DNA from: an uncultured Gammaproteobacteria bacterium
GTDB lineage: Bacteria > Pseudomonadota > Gammaproteobacteria > UBA4575
Direction of reading: 5' to 3'
DNA: 64,000 nucleotides
NCBI GenBank assembly: GCA_963976865.1
Contig: CAXBLY010000001.1
Coordinates: forward strand, 580,354-644,353
Under the pieces are notes generated by a model. It was not told the origin of the DNA and made no database searches. It saw nothing but the letters and a program-made list of their open reading frames with translations. Both the position numbers and the translations under genes were made by a program. This document shows positions 1 through 9,593 of the stretch, piece after piece (position 1 is the first letter of the stretch; every line of letters begins with the position of its first letter).

Positions 1-1944
1 ACACTTTTTGATGGCGCGATCCTCAATAGGCCAGGCAGTTTCAACACGGCGGAAGAAGTTTCTGTCCATCCAGTCAGCACTGGAGCAATATAGTTTTGAG
101 CGGCCACCGTTATAAAAATAAAAGACGCGAGAATGCTCCAGGAACCTGCCAACAATTGAACGAACTTCAATATTCTCTGAAATGCCTTTGACGCCTGGCC
201 TTAGACAGCAGGGGCCACGCACAATTAATTTTATCTCAACACCGGCGATAGACGCTCGGTAGAGTGCCTGTATTAACTGTGGTTCAACTAATGAGTTTAC
301 ACGAGCAATAATTTTTGCTTTGCGATGTTGTGTCGCACGTTTGGTTTCTTTCTCAATGTATTCAATGATTGTTTTATACAATGTGAAGGGTGCCTGTAAT
401 ACATTGTTCAGTCTCGGAATCTTTGTGAAGCTTGTGAGCTGTAAAAATATTTCATGCAAATCAGTTGTTATTCCAGGATCGCATGTAAACATTCCGTAGT
501 CGGTGTACAGTTTTGCAGTAGACTGATGGTAGTTGCCGGTACCTAAATGGGCATAACGGACCAGTTGATCATTCTCGCGTCTTATCACCAGTATCATTTT
601 TGCATGTGTCTTGATTCCTACAATGCCATAGACAACGTGTGCCCCCGCTTTTTGTAGCCGGTTCGCCAGTGCGATATTTGCAGCTTCATCAAATCTTGCC
701 ATGAGCTCAATAACAACAGTCACTTCCTTGCCAGAATTAGCAGCCATAACAAGTGCATCGACAATACGGGATTTTGCACCTGTTCTATATAAGGTTTGTT
801 TAATGGCTAAAACTTTGGGGTCTTTTGCTGCCTGATGAATAAAGTTAAGCACCGGCGCGAAGGACTGATAAGGGTGATGCATTAATACATCCTGGCTGGA
901 AATGACCTTGAATAAATTTGAATCCGGTGTGATCGGATTTGGTAGCAGGGGTTTGAAGCTACTATATTTTAAGTCGGGTCTGTCAATTAAATCGTAGGTG
1001 TTTAAAAGACGATTCAGATTAACCGGGCCATTTACCTTGTATAAGTCAATTTCATCAAGTTCGAATTGATGCAGCAGGTATTCAACAAGATGATCAGGAG
1101 TATTTTTATAGGTTTCTAAACGTGCAGCAGCACCATAACGGCGTGAAGCCAACTCACCTTCCAGCGCCAGGGGTAAATTGTCAATTTCATCATCGACATA
1201 CAAGTCGCTATTACGTGTGACGCGGAACTGGTAGCAACCATAAACCTGTAAGCCTTCAAACAGATCATGAACAAATTCGTGAATGACAGATGACAGGAAT
1301 ACAAAATTAATTGAATCATCACCCTGATCGCCAGGAAGCTGAATGAGTCTCGGCAAAGATCTTGGTGCCTGCACAATTGCCAGATGGCCACTTCTGCCAA
1401 ATGCATCTGAACCGCCTACTTCAACGATAAAGTTCAGACTTTTATTTAGGATACGTGGAAAGGGGTGGCCCGGATCAATACCAAGCGGACTTAGTACCGG
1501 TTCAACCTGGCTGGTAAAGTAATTCTGAATCCATTTGCGCTGGGATTGCGACCATTTCTCACGCGCAAGGAAATGCACATTTTCTTTAGTCAGTGCAGGC
1601 AATATGACTTCATTGAAAACACGATATTGTTCTTCAACCAAAATGGTTGCTGATTCATGGATTTCACGCAATACCTGTTTTGCAGGCTTCTGGTCGGCGG
1701 AGGTGTAGCCGGTAGAGAACTCAATATGCTGTTTAATGCCAAGTACGCGAATTTCAAAAAATTCATCTAAATTAGAGCATGAAATGCAAAGGAACTTTAA
1801 GCGCTCTAATAGCGGTGTGTTGATATCTTTTGCCTGTTCCAGCACACGCTCGTTAAATTTCAGCTGGCTAATTTCCCGATTGATAAATAACTCAGGCTGG
1901 CTGACGTCAATGTTGTGTGCATTCTCGTCTTTGGATGTAGGCAT
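1..1944 (-). CDS. ppk: polyphosphate kinase 1 (partial, C-terminus runs off window start)
   Basis: Reverse-strand translation from ATG at 1944 gives MPTSKDENAHNIDVSQPELFINREISQLKFNERVLEQAKDINTPLLERLKFLCISCSNLDEFFEIRV, matching the conserved PPK1 N-terminus. The frame stays open to position 1, so it is absent from the ORF track only because it is partial. Confidence 0.88.
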   Translation of the reverse strand, partial: MPTSKDENAHNIDVSQPELFINREISQLKFNERVLEQAKDINTPLLERLKFLCISCSNLDEFFEIRVLGIKQHIEFSTGYTSADQKPAKQVLREIHESATILVEEQYRVFNEVILPALTKENVHFLAREKWSQSQRKWIQNYFTSQVEPVLSPLGIDPGHPFPRILNKSLNFIVEVGGSDAFGRSGHLAIVQAPRSLPRLIQLPGDQGDDSINFVFLSSVIHEFVHDLFEGLQVYGCYQFRVTRNSDLYVDDEIDNLPLALEGELASRRYGAAARLETYKNTPDHLVEYLLHQFELDEIDLYKVNGPVNLNRLLNTYDLIDRPDLKYSSFKPLLPNPITPDSNLFKVISSQDVLMHHPYQSFAPVLNFIHQAAKDPKVLAIKQTLYRTGAKSRIVDALVMAANSGKEVTVVIELMARFDEAANIALANRLQKAGAHVVYGIVGIKTHAKMILVIRRENDQLVRYAHLGTGNYHQSTAKLYTDYGMFTCDPGITTDLHEIFLQLTSFTKIPRLNNVLQAPFTLYKTIIEYIEKETKRATQHRKAKIIARVNSLVEPQLIQALYRASIAGVEIKLIVRGPCCLRPGVKGISENIEVRSIVGRFLEHSRVFYFYNGGRSKLYCSSADWMDRNFFRRVETAWPIEDRAIKKC

Positions 1945-1953
1945 TGTTATAAA

Positions 1954-3108
1954 TTACTGAGTGATTAGTGTTTGTTGGTAAAACTCTAACATATTATCAG
2001 CTAGTGCTTTCGAGTCCCATTTTCCTGCATATTCGACTGCCGCCAGTTTTGTTTGTTCGTACACCTGTTTATTTTTGAGTAAAAAGACCACTTTATCGCA
2101 AAAATCGTCTATCTCACCATTGGTAATTATTGCCCCATTGCAATCAATCAGGATATCTCTGGTTCCCATGGCAGCTACTGAAACAACAGGAGTTCCGGAG
2201 GCCATTGCTTCGAGTAACACCAGGCCTTGAGTTTCTGTTACTGAACTGAATACAAAAATATCAGCACTATGGTAACAGTCTACCAGAGTGGTATCTCTGT
2301 CCAGATAACCGACAAATGCAATATTGTTATCAAGATTCAATTTTTTGGCCTGTTGTATGTATGCATTCCGGGCGGGGCCTTCGCCGGCAATGACGAGTAA
2401 AATCTCAGGAATGTGCTGTTTGACTCTGTCGACCATATCAAGCAATAAGCCAATATTTTTTTCAAAGGCAACGCGACTAACGTTTAATAGAATCTTTCTG
2501 TCGTCCGGGAGCTTGAATGTGGTTTTGAAAGCCTCACCATCACCGCCTTCGAATTTCTTGCTGTTGATGCCGGTAGGTATGATTTTAATATTATTTTTGA
2601 CACCATATGATTTTAATAATTTGACGATGATTGATGAAGGCGCAATAACACCTTTGGCCTGATTACACTGACGTGATGAAAATCGGCGCGCAAAGAATTT
2701 CAATACCTGTTTTGGAACGATAGGGATGTAGTGGTAAAGGTATTCTTCAAATAGTGTGTGGTAAGTAATAACGCATGGTATGCCTAATGCTTTGGCGATT
2801 CTGACTCCCGAGTAATGCGCAATAAAGGGTGTTTGAATATGTACAATATCGAAGTCACACGATATCAATTGAGGAATAAGCCTGGTAATGGCCTTTGATT
2901 TCATCATCCGGTCTTCTGGATCATAGGGGATTGCACGTGATGGTATGCGTATAATGGAGTCATCACTTTTGTCGCCACCAGTGTATTCAGGAGCAATCAG
3001 AGTGACTTGATTTCCGGATTTTTCAAATTCAGCCTTGAACGTCTGAATGGAAGTGGATACACCATTTATTCTTGGAAAGTAAACATCGGAAATCATCAAA
3101 ATATTCAT
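1954..3108 (-). CDS. glycosyltransferase family 4 (GT-B, group 1), 384 aa
   Basis: N-terminal ILMISDVYFPRINGVSTS and C-terminal EX7E motif (ETQGLVLLEAMASGTPVV) typical of retaining GT4 enzymes. Same strand as the upstream GT4 and metallophosphoesterase, directly after them. Confidence 0.8.
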   Translation of the reverse strand: MNILMISDVYFPRINGVSTSIQTFKAEFEKSGNQVTLIAPEYTGGDKSDDSIIRIPSRAIPYDPEDRMMKSKAITRLIPQLISCDFDIVHIQTPFIAHYSGVRIAKALGIPCVITYHTLFEEYLYHYIPIVPKQVLKFFARRFSSRQCNQAKGVIAPSSIIVKLLKSYGVKNNIKIIPTGINSKKFEGGDGEAFKTTFKLPDDRKILLNVSRVAFEKNIGLLLDMVDRVKQHIPEILLVIAGEGPARNAYIQQAKKLNLDNNIAFVGYLDRDTTLVDCYHSADIFVFSSVTETQGLVLLEAMASGTPVVSVAAMGTRDILIDCNGAIITNGEIDDFCDKVVFLLKNKQVYEQTKLAAVEYAGKWDSKALADNMLEFYQQTLITQ

Positions 3109-3160
3109 GTCATATTCTCAATGGCCTGCATAGATTTTATATAATGCGCCTGGCGCAATG

Positions 3161-4189
3161 TTATGCAGATTTTGCTGAGGTGAGGTTGTTAATGAATTGC
3201 AGTGTCGCCTGTTCCCAGGTGTATTCAAGCGCCTGATTAATGCAATCCTGTGGGTCCAGTTTGAGTGCTTCAAGTGCGGCTGTTTTTAAATTGTCATTCA
3301 ATATACCTGTTGTACCATCGCGAACAACATCACGAGGGCCTGTTACCGGGAACGCTGCAACAGGTAAGCCACATGCCATTGCTTCTAACATCACTACACC
3401 AAAAGTGTCTGTCAGGCTGGGAAAGACAAATACATCGCCGCTTGCTAGATAGTTTGCAAGTTGTTCACCGAACTTGTAGCCCTCAAATTTCACATTCGGG
3501 TATTTCTGACGCAGTTCATTGGTGGCAGGACCATCACCGATGACGACTTTGGTGCCAGGCAGGTTTAAAGACAGAAATGCTTCAATGTTTTTTTCAACCG
3601 CAACACGACCGACATAAACAGAGATGGGGCGGGGGTAGGATAAAAGATCTTTACTGTTTGGTTTGAATACACCGGTGTCGACACCGCGAGTCCATAAGGC
3701 AAGATTTTTAAATCCTCGTTTTTCCAGAATTTTTTGTTGATGCGGTGTGCCCACCATAGTGCGTGTTGCTTTGCTATGAAAGCGACGAAAAAATGCGTAT
3801 GTGAGACTCAGAGGGACGGGAATTCTCTCTCGAATGTATTCAGGAAACTGAGTGTGATATGAGGTGGTAAAAGCAAGATTGTTTTTAATGCAGTACTTCC
3901 TTGCTGCCTGTCCCAGAGGGCCTTCAGTTGAGATATGTATATGTGTTGGCTTGAATTCATCAAGCTGTTTTTTTATATATTTGCCTGCACCTAAAGCCAG
4001 ACGAATTTCCGGATAAGTAGGACAGGGAATGGTTTTACATTCGCCTGGGTGTATTACATGAACTTGATGACCTAGTTTGATGGCGGTGTCGCGAGTTTTA
4101 CCTAGCGTGGTGACCACACCGTTGACTTGTGGTTTCCACGCATCAGTGACAATCACAAGGCGAATGGAGTTACTGGTGGCTAGCGTCAT
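3161..4189 (-). CDS. glycosyltransferase family 4, 342 aa
   Basis: RLVIVTDAWKPQVNGVVTT N-terminus and GT4 EX7E-type motif (DTFGVVMLEAMACGLPV). Lies between the metallophosphoesterase and the second GT4. Confidence 0.8.
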   Translation of the reverse strand: MTLATSNSIRLVIVTDAWKPQVNGVVTTLGKTRDTAIKLGHQVHVIHPGECKTIPCPTYPEIRLALGAGKYIKKQLDEFKPTHIHISTEGPLGQAARKYCIKNNLAFTTSYHTQFPEYIRERIPVPLSLTYAFFRRFHSKATRTMVGTPHQQKILEKRGFKNLALWTRGVDTGVFKPNSKDLLSYPRPISVYVGRVAVEKNIEAFLSLNLPGTKVVIGDGPATNELRQKYPNVKFEGYKFGEQLANYLASGDVFVFPSLTDTFGVVMLEAMACGLPVAAFPVTGPRDVVRDGTTGILNDNLKTAALEALKLDPQDCINQALEYTWEQATLQFINNLTSAKSA

Positions 4190-4248
4190 AAATATAATGT
4201 TTGAATATAGGGGTCAGAGCGGATTATTGCACTGGTGCCTTCGCAAGA

Positions 4249-5055
4249 TTAAGCAACTTTTTGGCTGGCATATTCCGGATTATTTTCGCTAAGCAAGGAT
4301 TTCTTGTAATCCTCATTCCAGTAAATCAGTTCCAGACTACCATCGTCATGCTCAATCATGCCTGAGCAGCTTTCCACCCAGTCTCCATCGTTACAATAGA
4401 GTACTGAATTGATGTGACGAATTTCAGCATGGTGTATGTGTCCACAGACAACGCCATCAACTTTTCTTTCTTTGGCCAAATGCGCAAGAGCAGTTTCGAA
4501 GCTGCCAATATAGTTAACAGCATTCTTAACCTTGAGTTTTAAGTATTTGGCCAGTGACCAGTAGTTGCGTTTAAAAAGTCTGCGAAAAATATTGACGTAC
4601 TGATTTAGCTGTAAAAGTATGTCGTAAGCCCAGCTGCCGAGCTTGGCGATCATTTGGCTATGTTTAACTATAGTGTCAAATTCGTCACCATGTAATATCA
4701 ACAGTTTTTTACCATTGGCAGTGATGTGTTCATAATCCAGGTGTATTTCTACATTACCAAATGTATAACCAGCATATTCACGCATGACCTCATCATGGTT
4801 GCCCGGGATATATATCACTTTCGTTCCATGTTTGGCTTTACCGAGTATGGAACGTATGACATTGGTGTGCTGCTGTGGCCAGTATGAAGATTTTTGCAGA
4901 CTCCAGAAATCGACAATGTCACCAACCAGAAACAGGTATTCGGTTTCTACGCTATGAAGAAAATCAAGCAGGTTTTCCGCCTGGCATCCGCGAAAACCCA
5001 GATGAACATCTGAAATCCATACACTCCTAACATGAAGTAATGCTGGCGTACTCAA
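4249..5055 (-). CDS. metallophosphoesterase of the LpxH / PlcP family (UDP-2,3-diacylglucosamine diphosphatase-like; candidate phospholipase C PlcP)
   Basis: Calcineurin-like motifs ISDVHLG, VGDIVDFW, GNHDE, GDxxD and GHIH, with LpxH-like overall architecture (268 aa). The genomic context (GT4 genes, PAP2, Pho regulon) differs from the canonical lpxH neighbourhood. Confidence 0.65.
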   Translation of the reverse strand: MSTPALLHVRSVWISDVHLGFRGCQAENLLDFLHSVETEYLFLVGDIVDFWSLQKSSYWPQQHTNVIRSILGKAKHGTKVIYIPGNHDEVMREYAGYTFGNVEIHLDYEHITANGKKLLILHGDEFDTIVKHSQMIAKLGSWAYDILLQLNQYVNIFRRLFKRNYWSLAKYLKLKVKNAVNYIGSFETALAHLAKERKVDGVVCGHIHHAEIRHINSVLYCNDGDWVESCSGMIEHDDGSLELIYWNEDYKKSLLSENNPEYASQKVA

Positions 5056-5276
5056 AATGAAATCCGTTTTCTGACTGTATTACTCATTGGGGAGCAAAAT
5101 ATAACGGTTTGGTTACATAGGTATTAAATTTTTGTGAACTATTTATTAAAAGCAGTAAATAAGCCGATGAAAACACTAATGATGTAATAATAAATTCATT
5201 TTCATCTATCAACATTGGCCCAGCAGTGATCGATCCTTGTGATCAAAAATAAATTACGTTAGCGGAAGCCAGTGTC

Positions 5277-5822
5277 ATGTTTCAAACAAGAGTGAATAGC
5301 CTTTTTGAACGAGCAGATCTTATAGAGATGCGTTTATGTGTTCTTCTTAATAATAGCAGTCGATATACATATATAAGATTATTTTTTCGTGTGGTAAGTC
5401 GTCTGGGTGACGGCATGTTCTGGCATGCCCTGGCTGTGTTTTTACCCTACTTGCACGGCAAGCAGGGTGTCGCCGAAGCAGTACACATACTGATAACCGG
5501 ATTACTGGTACTGGGTACTTACAAGTTTTTAAAAAGCAGGCTGGTTCGCGAAAGGCCATTTATAAGTAATAACATTATAAAACAGGCCGCACCAGCGCTT
5601 GATCAATACAGTTTTCCTTCAGGACATACCATGCATGCGTTTTCATTCGCAATATTATTCAGTTATTTCCTGCCGGAACTAACATCGGTTGTATGGGGGT
5701 TTGCAGGACTGGTGGCAATGTCACGAGTTATTTTGGGGCTACATTATCCTACTGATGTGGTAGCAGGCGCATTACTTGGATCATGTCTGTCAGTGCTCAG
5801 CTTACTGATCATGACAGGATAA
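5277..5822 (+). CDS. PAP2 family phosphatase (phosphatidic acid / lipid phosphate phosphatase type)
   Basis: All three PAP2 signature motifs are present: KSRLVRERP (KX6RP), PSGH, and SRVILGLHYPTDV (SRX5HX3D). It is a hydrophobic membrane protein, transcribed divergently from the PlcP-like gene. Confidence 0.85.
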   Translation: MFQTRVNSLFERADLIEMRLCVLLNNSSRYTYIRLFFRVVSRLGDGMFWHALAVFLPYLHGKQGVAEAVHILITGLLVLGTYKFLKSRLVRERPFISNNIIKQAAPALDQYSFPSGHTMHAFSFAILFSYFLPELTSVVWGFAGLVAMSRVILGLHYPTDVVAGALLGSCLSVLSLLIMTG

Positions 5823-5921
5823 TGATTGAACTGCCGCAATTCATCACATGGGCTCTTTGTATAAAACCAATCTGTATTTAAGTGCGTGTATTGAAGCAAA
5901 GAGTTTAAAAAAAACGACAAT

Positions 5922-5964
5922 CTGACATTTTTGTCACAAAGTTGTCATTTAAGTGAAATATGAT
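5922..5964 (+). promoter_or_regulatory. Pho box (PhoB binding site) plus -10 element for the porin gene
   Basis: CTGACAT tttt, then TTGTCAC aaag TTGTCAT ttaa: 7-bp direct repeats with 4-bp A/T spacers on an 11-bp period, matching the CTGTCAT-A(A/T)A(T/A)-CTGTCAC consensus. A TATGAT -10 hexamer follows at 5959-5964, about 105 nt upstream of the porin ATG. Confidence 0.7.
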
Positions 5965-6070
5965 CCTGCCCTTCTAAACGACTGGACCGATAAGGCGTTT
6001 ATCAAAAAATCTGGTTTAAATGCCAGATAATTATTTCAAATAACAAATTTTTAATAACAGAGAGTTAAAT

Positions 6071-7360
6071 ATGAACTTAAAGCATATTCGTGCTGCATCC
6101 CTCGCTGCACTTGTAGCATCCGGTGCAATAGTTTCCACGCCGGCGTTTGCTGCCAATGACGCTATGATCGAGCTACTAAAGGTACTTCGGGATAATGGCA
6201 CTATCACTGATGAAGCCTATAACCTTCTTAAGAATTCTGCCGCAGCAGACGAAGAGCGGACAGATGCAAAAATAGAAGAGACTGCAGAACAGAAATTAGC
6301 GTCTGTTAACAAGGTTTCTGACAAGCTTAAATGGGCAGAGAAGATCAAATTTAAAGGTGACTTGCGTCTGCGACGTCAATATCAGGAGGCTGATCCAGAA
6401 AATGGAGAAAGTCAAAGTCGTGAACGTTACCGCTACCGTCTACGCCTGGGCGCTGAAGGCGAAGTGACTGATAGTGTGAAAGTGGGATTAGGATTTGCTA
6501 GTGGTGGCAGTGATGCACGCTCTACAAATGAAACGCTGGATGACGGATTCTCTACTAAAGATATCCGTTTGGATTACGCATTTGCAGAATGGAAACCAAC
6601 TGACTGGGTAAGTGTTGCTGGCGGTAAATTCAAACGTAAAGAGTATTTGTGGGCACCAACCGACTTATTGTGGGATGATGATATCAACCCGGAAGGTGTT
6701 TCTGTGCATTTACAAACTGATAATTCGTTTGGTACAGCATACGGAAATGCAGGTCACTGGATTGTCGAAGAATATAGTACGGTAAGTGATGATCCAACAC
6801 TGACTTATGCGCAGATTGGCCACAAGTTCAAGTCGGGCAATTTCTTTGGAAATGTTGCAGGTACTTACTATGCATTTGATGGTTTGGAAAATGAAACCGT
6901 GATTGTTGGTAGTGGTGGTAACAACACTTTAGTCGGTGGTAACTACATGTATGACTACGACTCTATTGGTTTGTCAGCAGAGCTTGGTGTGATGGATGTA
7001 TTAATTCCAGGCAAGAATTTCTCGATTTTCGCTGATTACATCAAGAATGACGATAGTGATGAAGATACCGGTCGAGCATTTGGCTTCAAGTTTGGGGATA
7101 AGAAAGTTGGTGACCAGCATACCTGGCAGCTAAAGTTTGTTAATGCTGATCTGGAAGCAGATGCATTTGTAGATTTCCTTCCTGATTCCGATCGACTTGG
7201 TGGAAATACAGGTGTGAAATCCAATGAAGTTGTATTCAAATATGCAGTTGCTAAGAATATAATTCTGGCGCTGGATTATTATGACTCAGAACAGGATGCA
7301 CCTGGTTTAGATGATGACGAAGAGAAAGTTTTACAAACTGATATCTCTTTCAAGTTCTAG
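6071..7360 (+). CDS. outer-membrane porin, phosphate-selective porin O/P (OprP-like) family
   Basis: Signal peptide MNLKHIRAASLAALVASGAIVSTPAFA and a beta-barrel protein ending in F. KIKFKGDLRLRRQYQ resembles the OprP N-terminal barrel start. A strong Pho box lies upstream and the phoBR-pst operon is adjacent. Confidence 0.65.
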   Translation: MNLKHIRAASLAALVASGAIVSTPAFAANDAMIELLKVLRDNGTITDEAYNLLKNSAAADEERTDAKIEETAEQKLASVNKVSDKLKWAEKIKFKGDLRLRRQYQEADPENGESQSRERYRYRLRLGAEGEVTDSVKVGLGFASGGSDARSTNETLDDGFSTKDIRLDYAFAEWKPTDWVSVAGGKFKRKEYLWAPTDLLWDDDINPEGVSVHLQTDNSFGTAYGNAGHWIVEEYSTVSDDPTLTYAQIGHKFKSGNFFGNVAGTYYAFDGLENETVIVGSGGNNTLVGGNYMYDYDSIGLSAELGVMDVLIPGKNFSIFADYIKNDDSDEDTGRAFGFKFGDKKVGDQHTWQLKFVNADLEADAFVDFLPDSDRLGGNTGVKSNEVVFKYAVAKNIILALDYYDSEQDAPGLDDDEEKVLQTDISFKF

Positions 7361-7386
7361 TCTGAATTCAGAGCTGAAGTTAAAAT

Positions 7387-7417
7387 CAGGGCAGTGGCAA
7401 CACTGCCCTTTTTTTAT
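7387..7417 (+). terminator. rho-independent terminator after the porin gene
   Basis: CAGGGCAGTG-gcaa-CACTGCCCT perfect 9-10 bp GC-rich stem followed by TTTTTTT. Confidence 0.8.
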
Positions 7418-7436
7418 GTTTGAATTTATTTCCGGT

Positions 7437-7471
7437 TTGTAACAAACTTTTAATGTGAGTGATGAATAATC
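7437..7471 (+). promoter_or_regulatory. candidate Pho box / operator upstream of phoB
   Basis: TTGTAAC aaac TTTTAAT gtga GTGATGA on an 11-bp period, followed by AATAAT as a possible -10. Embedded in the perfect palindrome GTTTGT-A-ACAAAC (7435-7447). The TGTAACAAA core is shared with the pstS upstream region. Confidence 0.4.
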
Positions 7472-7510
7472 CTCGATCGACTGGCAACTTTTGAGTTCGA
7501 CTGAGTTATT

Positions 7511-8251
7511 ATGAATCTTCAATACGATTTACAACCACCTAAATTTTCTTCCCGGCAAATGAAAAAACACCGAATAATGATCGTAGAAGATGAGAAGCCT
7601 ATTCGCGATATGGTCTATTTTGCGCTAGACAGTGATGGTTATGAGCTTCTTGAAGCGGTAGATGGAAGGGAAGCAACTGAAAAACTGGCACAGGATCTTC
7701 CAAGTTTGATCCTCATGGACTGGATGCTGCCGGATATCTCTGGCCTTGAACTGGTGAGACGTATCAAGCGTGATGAAATCACCAGCCATATTCCGATCAT
7801 TATGCTCACCGCCAAAACAGAGGAAAGAGACAAAATAGATGGGCTGGATTCAGGGGCAGACGATTACATCACAAAACCGTTTTCGGTGAGAGAACTGTCA
7901 GCCCGAATACGTGCGGTAATGCGCCGAATTGATGGCGATGAAAGCGATAATAAACTCACCTATGGCAAGTTAGTGCTTGACCTTGATGCCCATCATGTAA
8001 TCATTGACGATACACAAATTGAGGTGGGGCCTACCGAGTTCCGCTTATTAGAGTTTTTTATGACACATCCGGATAAAGTATACAGTCGTGCACAGTTGCT
8101 GGATTTTGTATGGGGTCGTAGCAAGTTTGTAGAAGAGCGAACGGTTGATGTGCATATCCTGCGTTTAAGAAAGTTATTAAAACCCTACAACTGCCATCAA
8201 ATGGTTCAAACAGTGAGAGGTTACGGTTACCGCTTCATTGTAGATAAATAA
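7511..8251 (+). CDS. phoB: phosphate regulon response regulator PhoB
   Basis: MIVEDEKPIRDMVYFALDSDGYE...LILMDWMLPDISG...GADDYITKPFSVRELSARIRAVMRR aligns with E. coli PhoB throughout, with an OmpR-type winged-helix C-terminus. The true start may be the internal ATG at 7559 (MKKHRIMIVED). TAATG overlap with phoR. Confidence 0.93.
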   Translation: MNLQYDLQPPKFSSRQMKKHRIMIVEDEKPIRDMVYFALDSDGYELLEAVDGREATEKLAQDLPSLILMDWMLPDISGLELVRRIKRDEITSHIPIIMLTAKTEERDKIDGLDSGADDYITKPFSVRELSARIRAVMRRIDGDESDNKLTYGKLVLDLDAHHVIIDDTQIEVGPTEFRLLEFFMTHPDKVYSRAQLLDFVWGRSKFVEERTVDVHILRLRKLLKPYNCHQMVQTVRGYGYRFIVDK

Positions 8252-9588
8252 TGCAGATAGCAACGTTCTGGGTTGAATTAAGGTTAGCCTTACTTGTTTT
8301 TGTTGCCAGTCTGGCCCTTGGTTTCCTTAGCGGACACTGGGCATTGTCTATATCTATTGGGTTGTTTGCGTTTATTATCTGGCATTTACGCCAGATAATG
8401 CATTTGCGTCGCTGGCTGGCGTCTGGTGCTCCCATGGATGCGGTGCCGAATCTGTATGGCACTGCCTATCACATTATTACCCAGGTCTGTGATATTAAAA
8501 AACGCCATAATGCACAGCGAATCAGTCTTGAACATTCATTGGCAAAATTTGATGCGGCGACGAAAGCAATGCCTGACGCCATGCTCATTGTTGACCAGAT
8601 GCAAACAATTGAATGGGCAAATCCGGCGGCAAAAACCCTGCTAAAAATTGATGCTAAGCGTGATATTGGTCAACGCATTGATAATATTGTGCGGGATCCG
8701 GAAATTACCAGTTATTTAACCAAGCAAGTATTTGACAACCCACTGGAGTTTTCATCAACAAATAGTACAGGTAAAGACCTAATGCTGAGAGTTGTCTCTT
8801 ATGATGATGGCAAAAAGCTACTCATAGTGCATGACCATGGTGATCTGTTGCGCTTGCAGAATGTACGCAAAGACTTTGTTTCCAACGCATCTCATGAAAT
8901 GCGCACACCACTGACAGTCATTATCGGTTATCTTGAGACACTCACCATGCGTGAAGAAATGACACCACTTACCCGGCGGGGCGTGGAAGGCGCGCTGGAG
9001 CAAGCCCAAAGATTAAAGCGTCTGATCGAGGATTTGCTTTCGCTGTCCAGGCTGGAGAATTTACCTTTAACTAAAAGCCAGTCAGAAAGTATCAATATCA
9101 CCATGCTGATACGCGAAGGCATCGACCTGCTGAAGTCCTCAGATGTGTACAAGAATCAGCAATTTGAGCTTGATTGTGATGGCGGGATTCAAATCAGTGG
9201 TGATTATCTTGAATTACAAAGTGCCATTCAGAATATCATCGATAATGCAGTCAAGTATTCGCCGGCAAATTCCTGCATCAATATCAGTTGGCGCAAACAT
9301 AACCAGGGTGGTTCACTATTAAGCGTAACGAATCTCGGTGAAAGCATTGACGAATCACATATTCCACGTTTGACAGAACGCTTTTACCGCATCGATAAAG
9401 GTCGCTCACGAGATATGGGCGGTACAGGGCTGGGTCTGTCAATTGTGAAACACATAATGGAGCGACATGGCGGTGAATTGAAAATTCACAGTCAAAAAGA
9501 GGCTGGAACGACTGTAGAGCTGAGTTTCCCGGAAGCGCGTAATATTTATGGGGAACAACAAGTTAACTCAAAAAGTCATGCCGTGTAA
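8251..9588 (+). CDS. phoR: phosphate regulon sensor histidine kinase PhoR
   Basis: N-terminal TM region, PAS-like segment, H-box NASHEMRTPL and HATPase_c (GTGLGLSIVKHIMERHGGEL). Translationally coupled to phoB. Confidence 0.9.
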   Translation: MQIATFWVELRLALLVFVASLALGFLSGHWALSISIGLFAFIIWHLRQIMHLRRWLASGAPMDAVPNLYGTAYHIITQVCDIKKRHNAQRISLEHSLAKFDAATKAMPDAMLIVDQMQTIEWANPAAKTLLKIDAKRDIGQRIDNIVRDPEITSYLTKQVFDNPLEFSSTNSTGKDLMLRVVSYDDGKKLLIVHDHGDLLRLQNVRKDFVSNASHEMRTPLTVIIGYLETLTMREEMTPLTRRGVEGALEQAQRLKRLIEDLLSLSRLENLPLTKSQSESINITMLIREGIDLLKSSDVYKNQQFELDCDGGIQISGDYLELQSAIQNIIDNAVKYSPANSCINISWRKHNQGGSLLSVTNLGESIDESHIPRLTERFYRIDKGRSRDMGGTGLGLSIVKHIMERHGGELKIHSQKEAGTTVELSFPEARNIYGEQQVNSKSHAV

Positions 9589-9593
9589 TACGT

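Noticed and set aside
1116-1960. ORF-track entries 1116..1406 (-) and 1736..1960 (+)
   Set aside because: Both lie inside or antisense to the long open ppk frame (start at 1944, open to position 1). The ppk translation matches the PPK1 N-terminus, so these are spurious.
4249-5055. Calling this gene the housekeeping lpxH
   Set aside because: The fold is LpxH-like, but the neighbourhood (GT4 genes, PAP2, Pho regulon, ppk) is not the lpxH context, so the PlcP-type interpretation is preferred. It cannot be excluded without a genome-wide check for another lpxH.
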